The notes beneath the pieces are model-generated. The model was not told the origin of the DNA. It saw only the letters and a list, made by a program, of their open reading frames with translations, and searched no databases. The translations under genes were made by a program, and so were the position numbers. A DNA stretch of 63,034 nucleotides, the filler included, from Reticulomyxa filosa (lineage: Eukaryota; Protista; Foraminifera), in assembly GCA_000512085.1 (NCBI GenBank). It is 9 parts of 9 records of this genome, joined end to end, with 100 filler letters (N's around TTAATTAATTAA, not from the genome) between each part and the next. Parts side by side here need not be neighbours in the genome. Positions count along the whole stretch, not along the records: positions 22,761 to 50,292 come from ASPP01013689.1; positions 50,393 to 51,810 come from ASPP01000142.1; positions 51,911 to 58,288 come from ASPP01000106.1; positions 58,389 to 59,839 come from ASPP01032712.1; positions 59,940 to 61,368 come from ASPP01028287.1; positions 61,469 to 63,034 come from ASPP01020580.1; 3 more parts are not named here. The stretch is one strand, 5' to 3'. Positions within the stretch are counted from its first letter, which is position 1, and each line of letters starts with the position of its first letter. This document shows positions 49,873 through 62,292 of this stretch, piece by piece.

Positions 49873-50292
49873 TTTTAAGGAGCTTTTATTGAAGGATTCT
49901 CCTTTTTTTGTTCGCTTTGTCTTTCGAATGTACAATTGCAATTTTAAAGGAATTTTAACAATTTTTATTTCCTAACTGTTGACTATTATAATATTCTGCT
50001 AATTCATCTTTTTTTAAAATAAATAAAGTGTTTCTCATTTGATAGATATAATTTTGTCATGAATTCTTTTTTGCAATATTTGCATCATCGGCTTTTCAAC
50101 AATTCGTTTAACTTCTTCATGACTTAATCATCCCATTGAAAGTCATGAAGAAATTGCGCAATTAATGTTAAGTTTATGTGTTTTCATAATATGTAGTTTG
50201 TTACAGTTTTATTCAAAAAATACGTAATTGAGATTAAAAATAATTTTATTGGTTATAAGTTTATCATTGGAAATAGTTATCATCCAGACAAG

Positions 50293-50392
50293 NNNNNNNN
50301 NNNNNNNNNNNNNNNNNNNNNNNNNNNNNNNNNNNNTTAATTAATTAANNNNNNNNNNNNNNNNNNNNNNNNNNNNNNNNNNNNNNNNNNNN
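50293..50392. other. Artificial contig linker
   Basis: N44-TTAATTAATTAA-N44. Confidence 0.97.
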
Positions 50393-51742
50393 GGAAAAAA
50401 ACCAAGACCATAAAGAAGATGAAAGTAACTCCATTCCTAAAGAAAGAAATGGATAGAAAAAACTTGCAAAAATACAGATAAAATGCATCCTTTCAATTCA
50501 AAACGTAAATGGTTTGAAGGAGAAGTACCTTACTCAAACTTGAACACAGTACTAAATAATACAATACGTTACAAAAAAGTAACCAACAAATAATATTCAA
50601 GCTTCAACATTGATCATCACACAGTAGCATTGCTCACCTATGTACACGCTCAGACTCTACGAGGGCCAAAAGCAGTGCGAGTTAAGGCCAACACTTGACA
50701 CGCACCTACTGCAATATATCTAAAAAAAATTACAACCTGGGCATAACAAAGGTAATTCGTAAAGCAAGAAAAAAGCTTGTTCTTCACAGCAAATACAATC
50801 AAGAAAATCTGATCTTTGGATATTGTACAAATAATCAACCGACAAATGATCTTGCGTTCACTAAATGTCAATGAGTGCAATACAATCTTTAGATTAGATA
50901 AGAAATAACTTGGATTATCACCTCTTTCAAATATCCAATGTCTATTTTATTGCTCTGTAAAATAAGGATTATTCAGGAATGCCGCTGATTGGCAATTTAT
51001 AGATGTCAGAATCCATTTGTTGAATATCGAATTGATCACGAACTTGCAATAGGTGAGAATAATCTGATCTATAATTACTCACATATTCCAATGCAAGTCT
51101 CATTGCTTCAATCTCTGATCAAATGTTTGTCTGATTCCATTTTGGATATCCAATGATAATAAATTTAAAAAAAATTCATATCCCCTTTATCATCATTGAC
51201 TAACTAAAAAAGCCAAATGCCGAAGCGAAAGGAGTGGCAAAAATGCCAAAATACATCCTTCAATCGCGGCTCGGTATATCATTAACAAATGTTTTCGGAT
51301 TATGTGCCAAAAACATGCGAGAAGCCTAAGGTTCCGGGCCAGGCCCTAAAGGCCCTGGAAATTAACGAAAAGAAATCACAACAAGCAAAAATATCAATTT
51401 TAAGAGTTAAAAGTTGAGATCAACGGTTGTGAAAACAATTTGGCTCGAATTGTTGAAGTCTCATAAAATATTGAGATTCTAAAACAAAAATTAAAATTTA
51501 ATACTTAAAATAATCAATTGTGTGAATGTTAATTGCAATTATTCGATGATCTTACGAAATATCGCAAGATCAGATATATGAAATTTTCAACTAGTATAAA
51601 CACTTTTTTATCTACAATAAAAAAATTTTACTAGCTCCCCCAAAGGATGCATTTTATCTGTATTTTTGCAAGTTTTTTCTATCCATTTCTTTCTTTAGGA
51701 ATGGAGTTACTTTCATCTTCTTTATGGTCTTGGTTTTTTTCC
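50393..51742. repeat. Perfect 101-bp inverted repeat (50393-50493 / 51642-51742) around a retroelement-like relic
   Basis: The two arms match base for base as reverse complements. The left arm continues into an AP-endonuclease-like start (ILSIQNVNGLKEK), and 50808-50890 resembles the reverse complement of ~22768-22872. Confidence 0.85.
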
Positions 51743-51810
51743 GATTTTTCTTTTGACAGGACCAACTCATTATTTTTTCCTTCTTCAACGCTCATTGTAT
51801 TGTTGATAAT

Positions 51811-51910
51811 NNNNNNNNNNNNNNNNNNNNNNNNNNNNNNNNNNNNNNNNNNNNTTAATTAATTAANNNNNNNNNNNNNNNNNNNNNNNNNNNNNNNNNN
51901 NNNNNNNNNN
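51811..51910. other. Artificial contig linker
   Basis: N44-TTAATTAATTAA-N44. Confidence 0.97.
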
Positions 51911-51952
51911 TCCGTTAGTAGTTGGGGATTTATAATAGGGACTTTCCCTACA
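51911..51952 (-). mobile_element. Truncated end of a related LTR
   Basis: Its minus strand TGTAGGGAAAGTCCCTATTATAAAT compares with TGTAGGACAAGTCCCTACTATAAAT at the end of the 40739-40976 element. Confidence 0.55.
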
Positions 51953-52532
51953 GTTGCAAGAAATTAATACCAAAAAAATTAAGTTTAAATGTTGTTTCTT
52001 CATGAAGAAAATCATCAGTTTTTCTTCAATTTACTGTATGAAAACTGAAAAATACTGAAATGTGTTTTGTTTTGTTAAATCTCGCTAATCTTAATTTCTG
52101 GTATATACTTGTTATAGTATGATATTTCTCGTATGTCCAATTTATGAAAGATTTTTTGTTTTTTTAGTTAACTGCTAATTTGCAGTTCATGATTAAAACG
52201 CCGTCATTTTGGTGATCACGCAAATCAAGTTTCGGCAAGTCCTCTTCAGACAATAATGATGTGAATTATTTACACTTTTCCCAACGAAAAAGGAAAAAGG
52301 GTGTTCTTGTGGTATTCCAATTTTTTTTTCACCGTCTATGTAATGCCCTCTTTGGACAGCATCAGAGCGACACCACGTGCAAGAAACAAATTTTTTTTTG
52401 GTATAAAAAAAGATTCAATTCGATCTTTTAAAAAGAACAATTAATAAAAAAGCATGCATGCTTTCATTCTTTTTTACCCCTCCCCTCTGTCTAATCCACA
52501 TTTACACAAATGATCTCCAATTTTCATGAAAC

Positions 52533-53825
52533 TTATGGAGATATTCCACAATTCCAATCAACAGTAGCCATTTTCCCATTTGCTTTGTCGCTTTGCAAAC
52601 TATTTGCAATTTCAGCAAAGCCATTGGCACTGTTCTCTGAAACTAAAGTGGTGTTCAACCATAAATTCATATAGTAATTGACAATATCCCATTCCAAGGT
52701 TTTGTTGAGAATAGGTTTATGTTGGAGAGGGCATAAATCCTTTTCTACAGTATCACATGCTTCGGCCTCTCTTTCTGGGATCTCAGCAAACTGGCAGTGT
52801 GTTGCATTGGTTATTATTCCCATGAACTTGCAAGTTGTGTCAGGAATTTTTGTATAATAAGATTCAGCGTATCTGTACGTTATTGTACCAGTTTGAGTAC
52901 GATATATAATGTTCGACAAATAAACGAAACAAACAAAATGAACTCGTTTGGCGGGCAAATGCAATCACTTGTACCACTTATTAAAAAAATGGGTACGGTG
53001 ACATTTTCAAGCGCTGCATCCATTTCGGGTTCGTTATTACCACACCCACTCAAAGTGATCACGGAGTCATAATTGTATAAAAATGTTTGATTATTAATAT
53101 ACAAATTAGCACCCGAAATAAAAGAAGCACCACCGCCCATCGAATGGCCACCTTTTTTTTTTTTTTTTGTACGTTGACGACACAAAAAACAAAGTGCAAG
53201 GATGCAAAAATCTCTGTTTTTGTGATCAACAAAATTAATGATCATTTTACAATAACTTTAACAGAGAAAAAAGAAAAGAAGAAGAAAGGGACAATTTTTT
53301 TTAAAATTGTTCAAAAGATCTTTCTTCAAAATAAAACTAAAAAATGTGGGGTGTACGTGTTTTTCTGTTTTTATTTCTTTCCCTCCCCCCCCTACTCTCC
53401 CACGTGTGTACACACTTTGTACCTGCAGCGGCACGGTTGGACACTTTTTGGAATAAGGGTGAACTTGCATTGTTGTTTTCGGCTCGAATGGCGTCCAAGA
53501 CATATCTTTGATCGATGGCAAATTTATAGGTATTACCTAAATACTCATACGACCCTAAATAAGCTATTACATAGCCCTTTGGGACTAAATATTGCCATTG
53601 GTAGTCGTACCACGTCATTTGACACTGTGAGCAGTGCCCAAACACCATCAAAGGAAAACCACTCTCTTGATTTTCTGCTGGAAAATAAATGTCGGTTGGG
53701 ATTTTGTGCTCGCTGTTTTGGGGATTAATAAACGTTGTTTTCCAACTGCTGATGCTAAATTGTGCCGCCACAATACTGCAACTTAATGCAGCTATACAGA
53801 ACAAATAAGTCAAATACTGCACCAT
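52533..53825 (-). CDS. Secreted alpha/beta hydrolase, chlorophyllase/cutinase-like; three exons
   Basis: Signal peptide, IPTDIYFP..., FPLMVFGH, LVPKGYVIA, the nucleophile elbow GHSMGGG, acid residue in GTSDCICPP and His in NATHCQF. Confidence 0.8.
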
Positions 53826-55049
53826 GATTTTGAAAGAATCGCGTATTACAACTCTGTTTGCAAAGAAGCAGCAGTGCCTCTAATCTCAAAAAAGCCTTTT
53901 TTTCAGCATTGCCGTTTTACTACAACAATCTCATTTTGTTGCACGTTTAGATTTCAAAATTAGCATTTTAGGGAATACTTTCAACAGAAATGGCAAACAA
54001 TGAAGATAAACATCTCAACGATGACATGACATTTACGGTTTTCAAATTTTCAATTTTTTATGATCTCATTCAAAAGGTAGGAAAAATGATCACCGACAAA
54101 AATAATACATCTGGAGTGCATTACATTCATTTACATATTCATGTATCATGTCCTGCACTTAGTCTTCATTAGCTTCTTAATAGGATATAAAATGAGATGT
54201 TTGTAACAAATTGAGAAAATATATCGTTTTAATACTCTTTTGGAGTTCATTAAAAAAAAAGAGTCAAATGAATTAAGCGATCCACAAAATGACAAAAAGA
54301 TCAAAACAAATGAAATGTACATGTAGAAAATAACATGATTTAATTTGATGACTTTGTGTTGAAGTAGTGTTTATGAAATAAGTTGTTTTAGAAACAAGAG
54401 GACTGCTGTTGGTTTGAAAGTTGTTGGATTGGGAAGTTGTTGACTGGGAGTAATTGTTGGCTTGGTTGTTGTTGGTTTGCTCGTCGTAGTCGGTTAAATT
54501 GCTTTAGCAAATCCCATTCGTTCATTACCAACATCGAAAATGCTGTACCATGTACTTTAACGAGTAAAAAAAGGATATTTATTTTGACGAAACACAAATA
54601 AATTGTATTTTGACAAATAATGAGCAATCAAAAAATGAAATAAAATGTATTATTCAACATTGATTCAAATTTTAAATTAGCATATATCGATAGTTTTGAT
54701 AAAATTATTATGAAATACAATATATGAAATAAATTTTGAAGAAGCAAAATAATCTGATAAGTTTAAATGTTTCTTCAAAGGAAATATAGAAAAAAACTAT
54801 TTTGTACAGGAACTAACTTTATTTGTTAATTGCATTTTTGCAATAATATGTGCTATTTATGTATACAAAAAAATTATACCACAAAAATTTCTAGTTCCGT
54901 AAAACTTCAAAAAAAAAAACTCTATAATCAATTCGTTTACATATTAAGCAAGAAATCAAGAACCAAAAGGATTTAAAGATAAAGTTTTATTCGCGTTCTT
55001 TATACTAGTTTTCACTATATATCTTGTTTGCACTTGATGAATTTACGCT

Positions 55050-57000
55050 ATAAATCAAGTAGCAGGAAGTCGTACATTCTTCATCTGTTGTATCCAAGTA
55101 GGATACTGATTGATGATCTTATGTTTGCTATCTTTACAAGTGTACAATACTGCAGAATTTCTAATTTATTCATTACTGCTTTGTTTATTTTATGTAAGTA
55201 TGCACAATGTTCAATCATTATGCGTATTATTTATGTATAATATCGACGTTGTAAATTGGTAGCATTCTTCAAATTATACTAAGCTCAACACTTTTTTGTA
55301 TTATGCTATTTACTTTCTCAGACGTTGAAAGTACATACTCTTTCTGACAATATTTTTTAAAATAGATTATTACTATATATTTTATTTCATTGACAATGTT
55401 TTTTATTTAGACATTCTCCAGTTTCGTTTACTTTGTTTGCACTGTTAAGCAAAATATACTGTCAAGTTGCTTAATGAATCTTTGTCATTTATTATGTAAA
55501 ATCGTACCTGCTGATAGCTGTTGTTTGTTAGATCTAACTATATACATTTATTTTGTACAAAGGTGTAACTTTTATTGAAAGATAATCGTATTTTACATAT
55601 GTTGTAATTGTGTTCTTTCATATTGTTTTTTTAAGTTAAACAAGTATTTATCTTTTCATTCGAATTTTGTATTAGTTCTTATTTTCTTTTCTTAGTCTTT
55701 GAATGATCATTTCATGTTAGTTCAGCGTTGATTATATTTTCTGTCTAGTAGAAGTTTCTGCTTTCATTTTCATTATTTTGTTTTATTGTATCAAGAATTT
55801 ATAAATTTTCAGTTGACTAGATTCAGCATTGTAGTAACGTTCTACATTGTTATCTATTATCCTTACATGTGATAAGGCTATCGCTTTTTACATTAGCGTT
55901 TGCAGGTGTTTCATATATTTGACTTTTTTAATCAGTCATGTTTATGTCTTCGATTTGACTTTTGTTGTTGACATTTTTTTGTCATTATGTTCATTTTCAT
56001 TTTTACTATTTCTTTTATAAATATACTTTCAGATTATTTCTTTATATAATGACTTTTTTATCTAATTTATATTTATATTTTTTCAATTCAGTCTTTTTTT
56101 AACTTAATGTTCTTAATTGTGAAAGTCTATCAGTAGTTTTATTTCTACTTTTCATATTAATGTTTTTGGTTCAATATTTATTATTGTGATTGTCTTGCCA
56201 ATGCGATATTTCTTTACACTGTTGTTGTCCTTAAACTTCCAAATGTGGTTATCAATTTTATCAAAATGCTCTTGATTGTATTTACTATAAATCCGATATA
56301 TCAGCTGTCAAAATACTCAGTTTTTGATTGTTGTCAGATTCCGTTTACGTTTTTTGTGATTCAAAACTGTTAGAAATTTCAATGTTCTGATTTTATGTCA
56401 GATTACTCTGTGTACTTTGGATCACTATATGCTTGTCACCTGGCTGAAGTTGCCATCAGATGAGTTTTTATAAGATAATTGCGAGTTCATCGAATACAAT
56501 GATCAATGTTTATTAAATTCCACATGCAAAATTTTTCATGTAATGATGCAACGTACTAACAGTCCACTTTATGTATTGTTTGTCAAATTATCTTTAATTC
56601 TATTTGATTATCTTCACAAAACAAGATAAACATTAGAAGAAAATTGAACTAAAAAAGTATTATTAATACATTTTGTTTTTGAGTAAAATTTACATTTGCG
56701 AAGCAATTAGCAGCTTTTTCACTACAATAGCTTGACTATTTTACTTTTTACCAGTTGGTATAGCTTGCGTTGCTAATTGGACTTTGATTTAATTATTCTT
56801 TTTGCCTGTGAGTGCTTCTCAAATGTGTTTTTATTGTTATCGTTGTTTATTTAGTGATTCTTTGCTTTCGTTTATATCATCGTGCTTATGTGCTTAATCT
56901 TATACCATTGCTATCATTATTATTATTGTCATTATCATCTCTGGTTTGGGTAACAAGTGTATTGGAATATGGTTTGACCGCAATTGCGTCTGTTACTTAA
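55050..57000 (-). mobile_element. Very degenerate LINE-like relic
   Basis: Only faint motifs: NIDH..SSD (endonuclease-like, ~56450-56510) and IIR.MIEHC....MNKLEILQ (post-RT region, ~55150-55230), with abundant stops. Confidence 0.35.
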
Positions 57001-57573
57001 AGTCACTACATTTTTTTTTCGCAATAATACTATATCATTGTCAGTGGGTTTTTATTTGTCACACATAACAATACCTAATGAAATTTGCCTAAAGTGAGCA
57101 AAGTACAAAGGCAATGTTTACCTTACAAAAGCGGACATAATTACACCGGTGGCGACTAAAAAAATATTTTATTCAAAAATGTAAACTTAGCAGAAGTGGC
57201 GACGATAATGCGTCATATGCGTTCAAAACAACAAACACTATCGTCGTAGCGCTCGCGCTTCAATCTAAGCCATCTGCACAATTAAGTCGCTGATAATGAC
57301 TTATTCTTATATTGCGAACCGAACATTTCTGCAAACACTTCCAAAAATAACTTTTCCAGCATTTAATTTTTTCACTTGTTTCGAAGGTCATTCAACATAA
57401 AATTCATCTAGTCATACGTGAGTAAAAAACATGTATTATTAAATCAGAAAAAATTTTAAATAATAAATATATATTTAAAATTGTTTAAACTTCATTTTCA
57501 CAACAAAAAAACATAAAAACAATTTGCAATAAATGCAATTAATAAGTTCATCAAAAAAGCTGAAGTTTCAACT

Positions 57574-58288
57574 AACTTAAAAAAAGATTTGCAAATATGT
57601 TAATAGCCCAATATTTAATAATGGATTGTGTTTCTTCTTCTGACTGCCACAAATACAAAGTACGTACAATAAAAAACCTAAAGACAACAGCGTCTGAAAG
57701 AATCTTACCAATGATAGTTGAGTTGACATTTCTATTTTGTTTTTATCTTGGGATCTTAGATGAAAGAATGTTTGAACTTTTAAGATTAAAATCAACGAAG
57801 GTATTGCCAAAAATTTTGACGACACAAAATTTTTGAAAACCAACCCCAAAATGTGAAATAACGTAATTGTTACATTCAGGTAAATGCGATAAGAACGCAC
57901 AAAAACCGAATTGAAAGGAGTAAAAAAATTATAAGACTTGTTTAGGAATGGATACAAATTTTTTTTTAACACAATAGGAAGAATGGATAATAAAATAAAA
58001 CATCCAATAAATCATGAAAATTACAATTTAACAAAAGAGGTTACAATTCCCACAGTGGTGTAACACCATCCTCCCAGTCGAAGGCATCCTCATCATTGTC
58101 TTTACCAAGTGTTTTGGATTTATTTGCTGGTTTGTTGTCAGTTTTACCTTGTTTGTCTTCTTCATCATTATCTTGATTGTCTTCGTTAGCTTCATCGTCT
58201 TGGTTATTTTCATTATCTTCATCTTTGCCAAAACTAATGAGGTTTTCTACATCTTCCTCTTCCTCTTCTACATCCCCCTCTTCCTCTT
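57574..58288 (-). CDS. 3' exons of an acidic hypothetical protein, truncated by the contig edge
   Basis: An open D/E-rich frame (EEEGDVEEEEED...DAFDWEDGVTPLWE) is followed by a GT donor and further probable exons. Confidence 0.4.
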
Positions 58289-58388
58289 NNNNNNNNNNNN
58301 NNNNNNNNNNNNNNNNNNNNNNNNNNNNNNNNTTAATTAATTAANNNNNNNNNNNNNNNNNNNNNNNNNNNNNNNNNNNNNNNNNNNN
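58289..58388. other. Artificial contig linker
   Basis: N44-TTAATTAATTAA-N44. Confidence 0.97.
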
Positions 58389-58468
58389 TCAATCGTTTTT
58401 TGACATTTTTGATAAAGACATTCCATCAATTTCCTTTTCTTTAATGATTTCATTGTATTCATTTATTT

Positions 58469-59779
58469 TTGATTTTTTACATCCAATTCTTATTTTCTTC
58501 AATCAATTTTTGTAATTTATCATTCAATTCATTAAATCCTTGCGATACATTGTTATTAAAGTCTTGGATTTCATTTGTTGTTTCTTTCGTTGTTTTTGGA
58601 TTAATATATCTCTTTCAATTGAACAAATGTTGTCATATTGTTCTATGCATTTTGTATAATTTAAAATTGCTTCATCCACTTGATTCTTCAATTTCATTCT
58701 ATTCATTTCTTTTTTAACTCAAGCATCTTTGCCATTTTCAAAAATTCTGATTTTTCAAATAGTTGCTCTACATTCACACTCGCATGAATTTCCTATATTT
58801 CACCTTGTGCATTACTTCCACCAATGACATGAACACTTGTATCATCACTCAAAATTGCAAAAGAATGTGATATTTCCATTGGCAATGTGAATTTGCATTC
58901 CATGTTTTCTCTTTCATTGAATATTTATACACATTCTTTTTTGTTTGATATGTGTTCCTATTGAATCCTCCAAATAAAAATATAACATTGTAAAGGTACA
59001 CAATGAATAAGACTTAAAATCATTGAAAGCAGGACAAATTGGTAATTTCATATTGTTTTGTCTCAACACAGGATTATTAATAAAATATGATGAACAAAAC
59101 AAAACATTTCTTATGAAAAATGATTTATCAATTTTTCATTATTCATTGTCAATGGCACAAAACAATGATAATCAATTCCAAATTCATGTGTTTCTTTTGG
59201 AATAATGTTATTTTTAATTCCAGTCAATGGTTTCATTGTTTTCAAATCAATTGCGTCAATGTTTTCTGGATGATGTGCAATGAACAATAAATCATTATTT
59301 ATTCTACTAATCAATCCGCGCAATCCTCTTAACTCATCTTCTAATTTTCCAATGTCGGTGTCTTGCTTATGTCTTATCCAAGTATTAAATGATTGATGTT
59401 CAGATTTGGAGTCACTAATTTCCCATACACTTTTATATTTCATTGAAAATGCTTGTTTCATTTTATTTTCACCTTGTCCTCCAAATGATAATAAATGAAT
59501 TTCATTGGAATTTGTTTGTGAATGAATCAATTGTACAACACAATGTCCATATAATTGAACATCATTAGGATAAGAGCAGATGTATTTGTATTGTTTTTTC
59601 AGAGTATGATAGGAATAACAATCGCTAGTTTGAAAGCCTCCACAAACAAGGAGTTCATCCTTGAACAAGATACATTGCGAAATTGTGAATGGCTTGAGTA
59701 ATTCAGGCAAAATTTGAAAGATGTTGTTGAACTGAGCAGACATGTCAGATGTGCTTTTTTTTTTGAAGTGTTCTGACAA
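58469..59779 (-). pseudogene. Kelch-like beta-propeller + coiled-coil gene, disrupted by a 75-bp internal inversion and indels
   Basis: SQCILFKDELLVCGG...CYSYHTLK.QYKYICSYP.DV.L.GHCVV, LLSFGG and YHCFV. The segment 59046-59120 is in the opposite orientation. Confidence 0.75.
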
Positions 59780-59839
59780 TCCCTTTTTTTAGAACGGATA
59801 CGAAAAATTGACAATCCACTTGGAAATGATTGAATGTTT

Positions 59840-59939
59840 NNNNNNNNNNNNNNNNNNNNNNNNNNNNNNNNNNNNNNNNNNNNTTAATTAATTAANNNNN
59901 NNNNNNNNNNNNNNNNNNNNNNNNNNNNNNNNNNNNNNN
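59840..59939. other. Artificial contig linker
   Basis: N44-TTAATTAATTAA-N44. Confidence 0.97.
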
Positions 59940-61368
59940 TTTTTTTTTAGGTACTTTATGCGGATTGCTGATTTGTTTGCATTATGTATGTTTATAAAAA
60001 ATTAAATATGAAACAATATAATTTTCTTTATTTATCCTCAATTTTGCTTTTATATATAGAAAAATGAAATTAAAGACTTGACAAATAACGCTTTCTAAAT
60101 CATGAGTTTTCTTTTTTTATAATGAAATCTATTAGCAGAAAAGCGACTTTGAGGACACACATAAAATTTGTTATTAGATTACCGAATAATCAAAAATGAC
60201 AAAATAAAAAAATTATTGCGCTTTACATGAAGATGATTAGATTGTGTTCAATATTCAATTGAAGCGAAGTAAAAAAAAAATTGAATCTTTCAATTTAGTT
60301 TTTTAAAAATGGAACTAGTCTTTTCTTTTAGTGATATCTTACTGAAAAAACAAAAATTACAAAAAAAGTCTTAACTGCCAACAAGAAGTATATATTCCTT
60401 TTGTAGTATTGTAATAAATAACTAAACTAAACAACCCGAAATGGTTATAAGTTTTTTTCTTGATATATACATTTCTTTTTATTTACTCATTACATTTTGG
60501 ATAACTCCAGGTTGAAAAACAAACTTATAGCAAGACTAATTAACAGTTTAGATGTTATAATGTTTGAAACTATTATTCCTTAGAAACATTTGTGGTTTTT
60601 TTTTGTGTTAAATTATTTTTGTTTATTAGTTTCAAATATTTGCAATATCTGAATCTGTTAATGATATTGCATTGTTGTGAAGATACACTCCCTTAGGAGA
60701 TTTACAAACAACAATTCACTCAAAAATTTTATAATATTAAATTGACTAAAATGGTTTGTAATTTGTAAATGAACTGACTTATTTTTTTTCATCATTTTGA
60801 CTTTATTATAAAAAGCAGTTAAATAATCTTTTTCAATATTTAACTTATTCAAGTTGCAGATATCACAAATCTCTTTTAATTTTCCTGATTATATTTTCTC
60901 AAAGAAATTTCACTAAAAAATGTATTTCTTAACAATTTTATACTTCAACATTGTATCTACAAAACCTTTTGACTAAATTTTTTTTGCGTGAAAAATAATG
61001 TTTATTAATACATTCATTGATATCAATTTTTATACCTTTTAAATATGCTGGATATGTTTGAAAACAAATTAATGAGTTTATTGCCAGAAGAATCAAATAT
61101 TTTTTTAATATTTGTTCTCAATATTTCATTTATTAAAAACATTGTTGAAATTATAACAAAAGATAAGTTTTATTTGTGATAAAAGCAATTCACTAATAAA
61201 AGATAAAAGAAAGTTCGTTGAGCTTTTTAGAAAGGAGACGTTCAGTTCGAACAGCGATCATTTTAAGGGGGGAAGAAGGCGTTCTTCACCTCCTTGCCGT
61301 TTCTAACAGCTTTGGAGATTTCCTAAATGAAAAGGAGTTATTGAGTCGCGATAGCGCGGACCTGGTGG

Positions 61369-61468
61369 NNNNNNNNNNNNNNNNNNNNNNNNNNNNNNNN
61401 NNNNNNNNNNNNTTAATTAATTAANNNNNNNNNNNNNNNNNNNNNNNNNNNNNNNNNNNNNNNNNNNN
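61369..61468. other. Artificial contig linker
   Basis: N44-TTAATTAATTAA-N44. Confidence 0.97.
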
Positions 61469-61488
61469 CACACACACACACATGCACA

Positions 61489-62292
61489 CCAGAAAGTACT
61501 GCAACAATTGAATTCCCTTGCCATACCAAACTGAACGTATTGTCCAACCAACCTGCTGCGTATCCTTCTTTGTGATGTTGGGTCACCTTTTTTTATTTTA
61601 TTTTTATTTTTTAAAAAAGAAAATCTTTAAAGTGCCGCAAATGGAACGCTGGTTATGTGATTAGTTGAAATGCACAGAAACATAAAGCTTCACTAAACGT
61701 GCCAAGACTCAAAGGAGGAAAACAAGATGCTGGTGGCGATCCCTGATAAAAGTCGGCTGAACAGCAAAGTGGAAAAGTGATTGTAATGCTTGAGAAGACA
61801 GGCAATCCCGTAGAATATGCAATATATACTGCACATCAGCTTTCGTCCAAACTTGTCGGCGATGCTTCCGATTATCAAACCAAATATACCTGAACTTCCA
61901 TAACCTGCCACAAATAATAAGGCAATGTCTTGCTTCTTGTATCCATAGGCTGCATACAATTTATATACATATGGTCCTGTCCATATTTTTTTTTTTTTTT
62001 TTTTTTGGAATGATCTCTCTATTTCTTTCATTTTCAAAATATATACATATTTGCATTTATATTTCTATGGCAGCAATGTCACACCTTGCATCCAATCACC
62101 GGCAACGACCAAATACCAGACAATTAGGAAGTTCTTTTGGAAGGTCTTGAAACTATTGTATTCTGGGTCTGTGATTGACAAAGCCGAGCGGAGACCAGCT
62201 ACTGTGTTTTTACGACTTTCAATCCATTTAACCAAAATCACTGCAAACACCAAAATTGGGAACCACAAAAATGTCGACTCCACGGCTGCCAT
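61489..62292 (-). CDS. MFSD5: MFSD5/MOT2-type (molybdate-anion) MFS transporter, 5' three exons; truncated by the contig edge
   Basis: FQKNFL.V.YLVVAGDWMQGPYVYKLY..YG....IA.LFVAG.GSS, ADKFGRK and LLSGIATSILFSSFESW. Confidence 0.9.

Noticed and set aside
61200-61368. GC-richer stretch at the contig end, possibly an RNA gene or foreign DNA
   Set aside because: No tRNA/rRNA structure or protein motif is recognisable, and it is too short to call.
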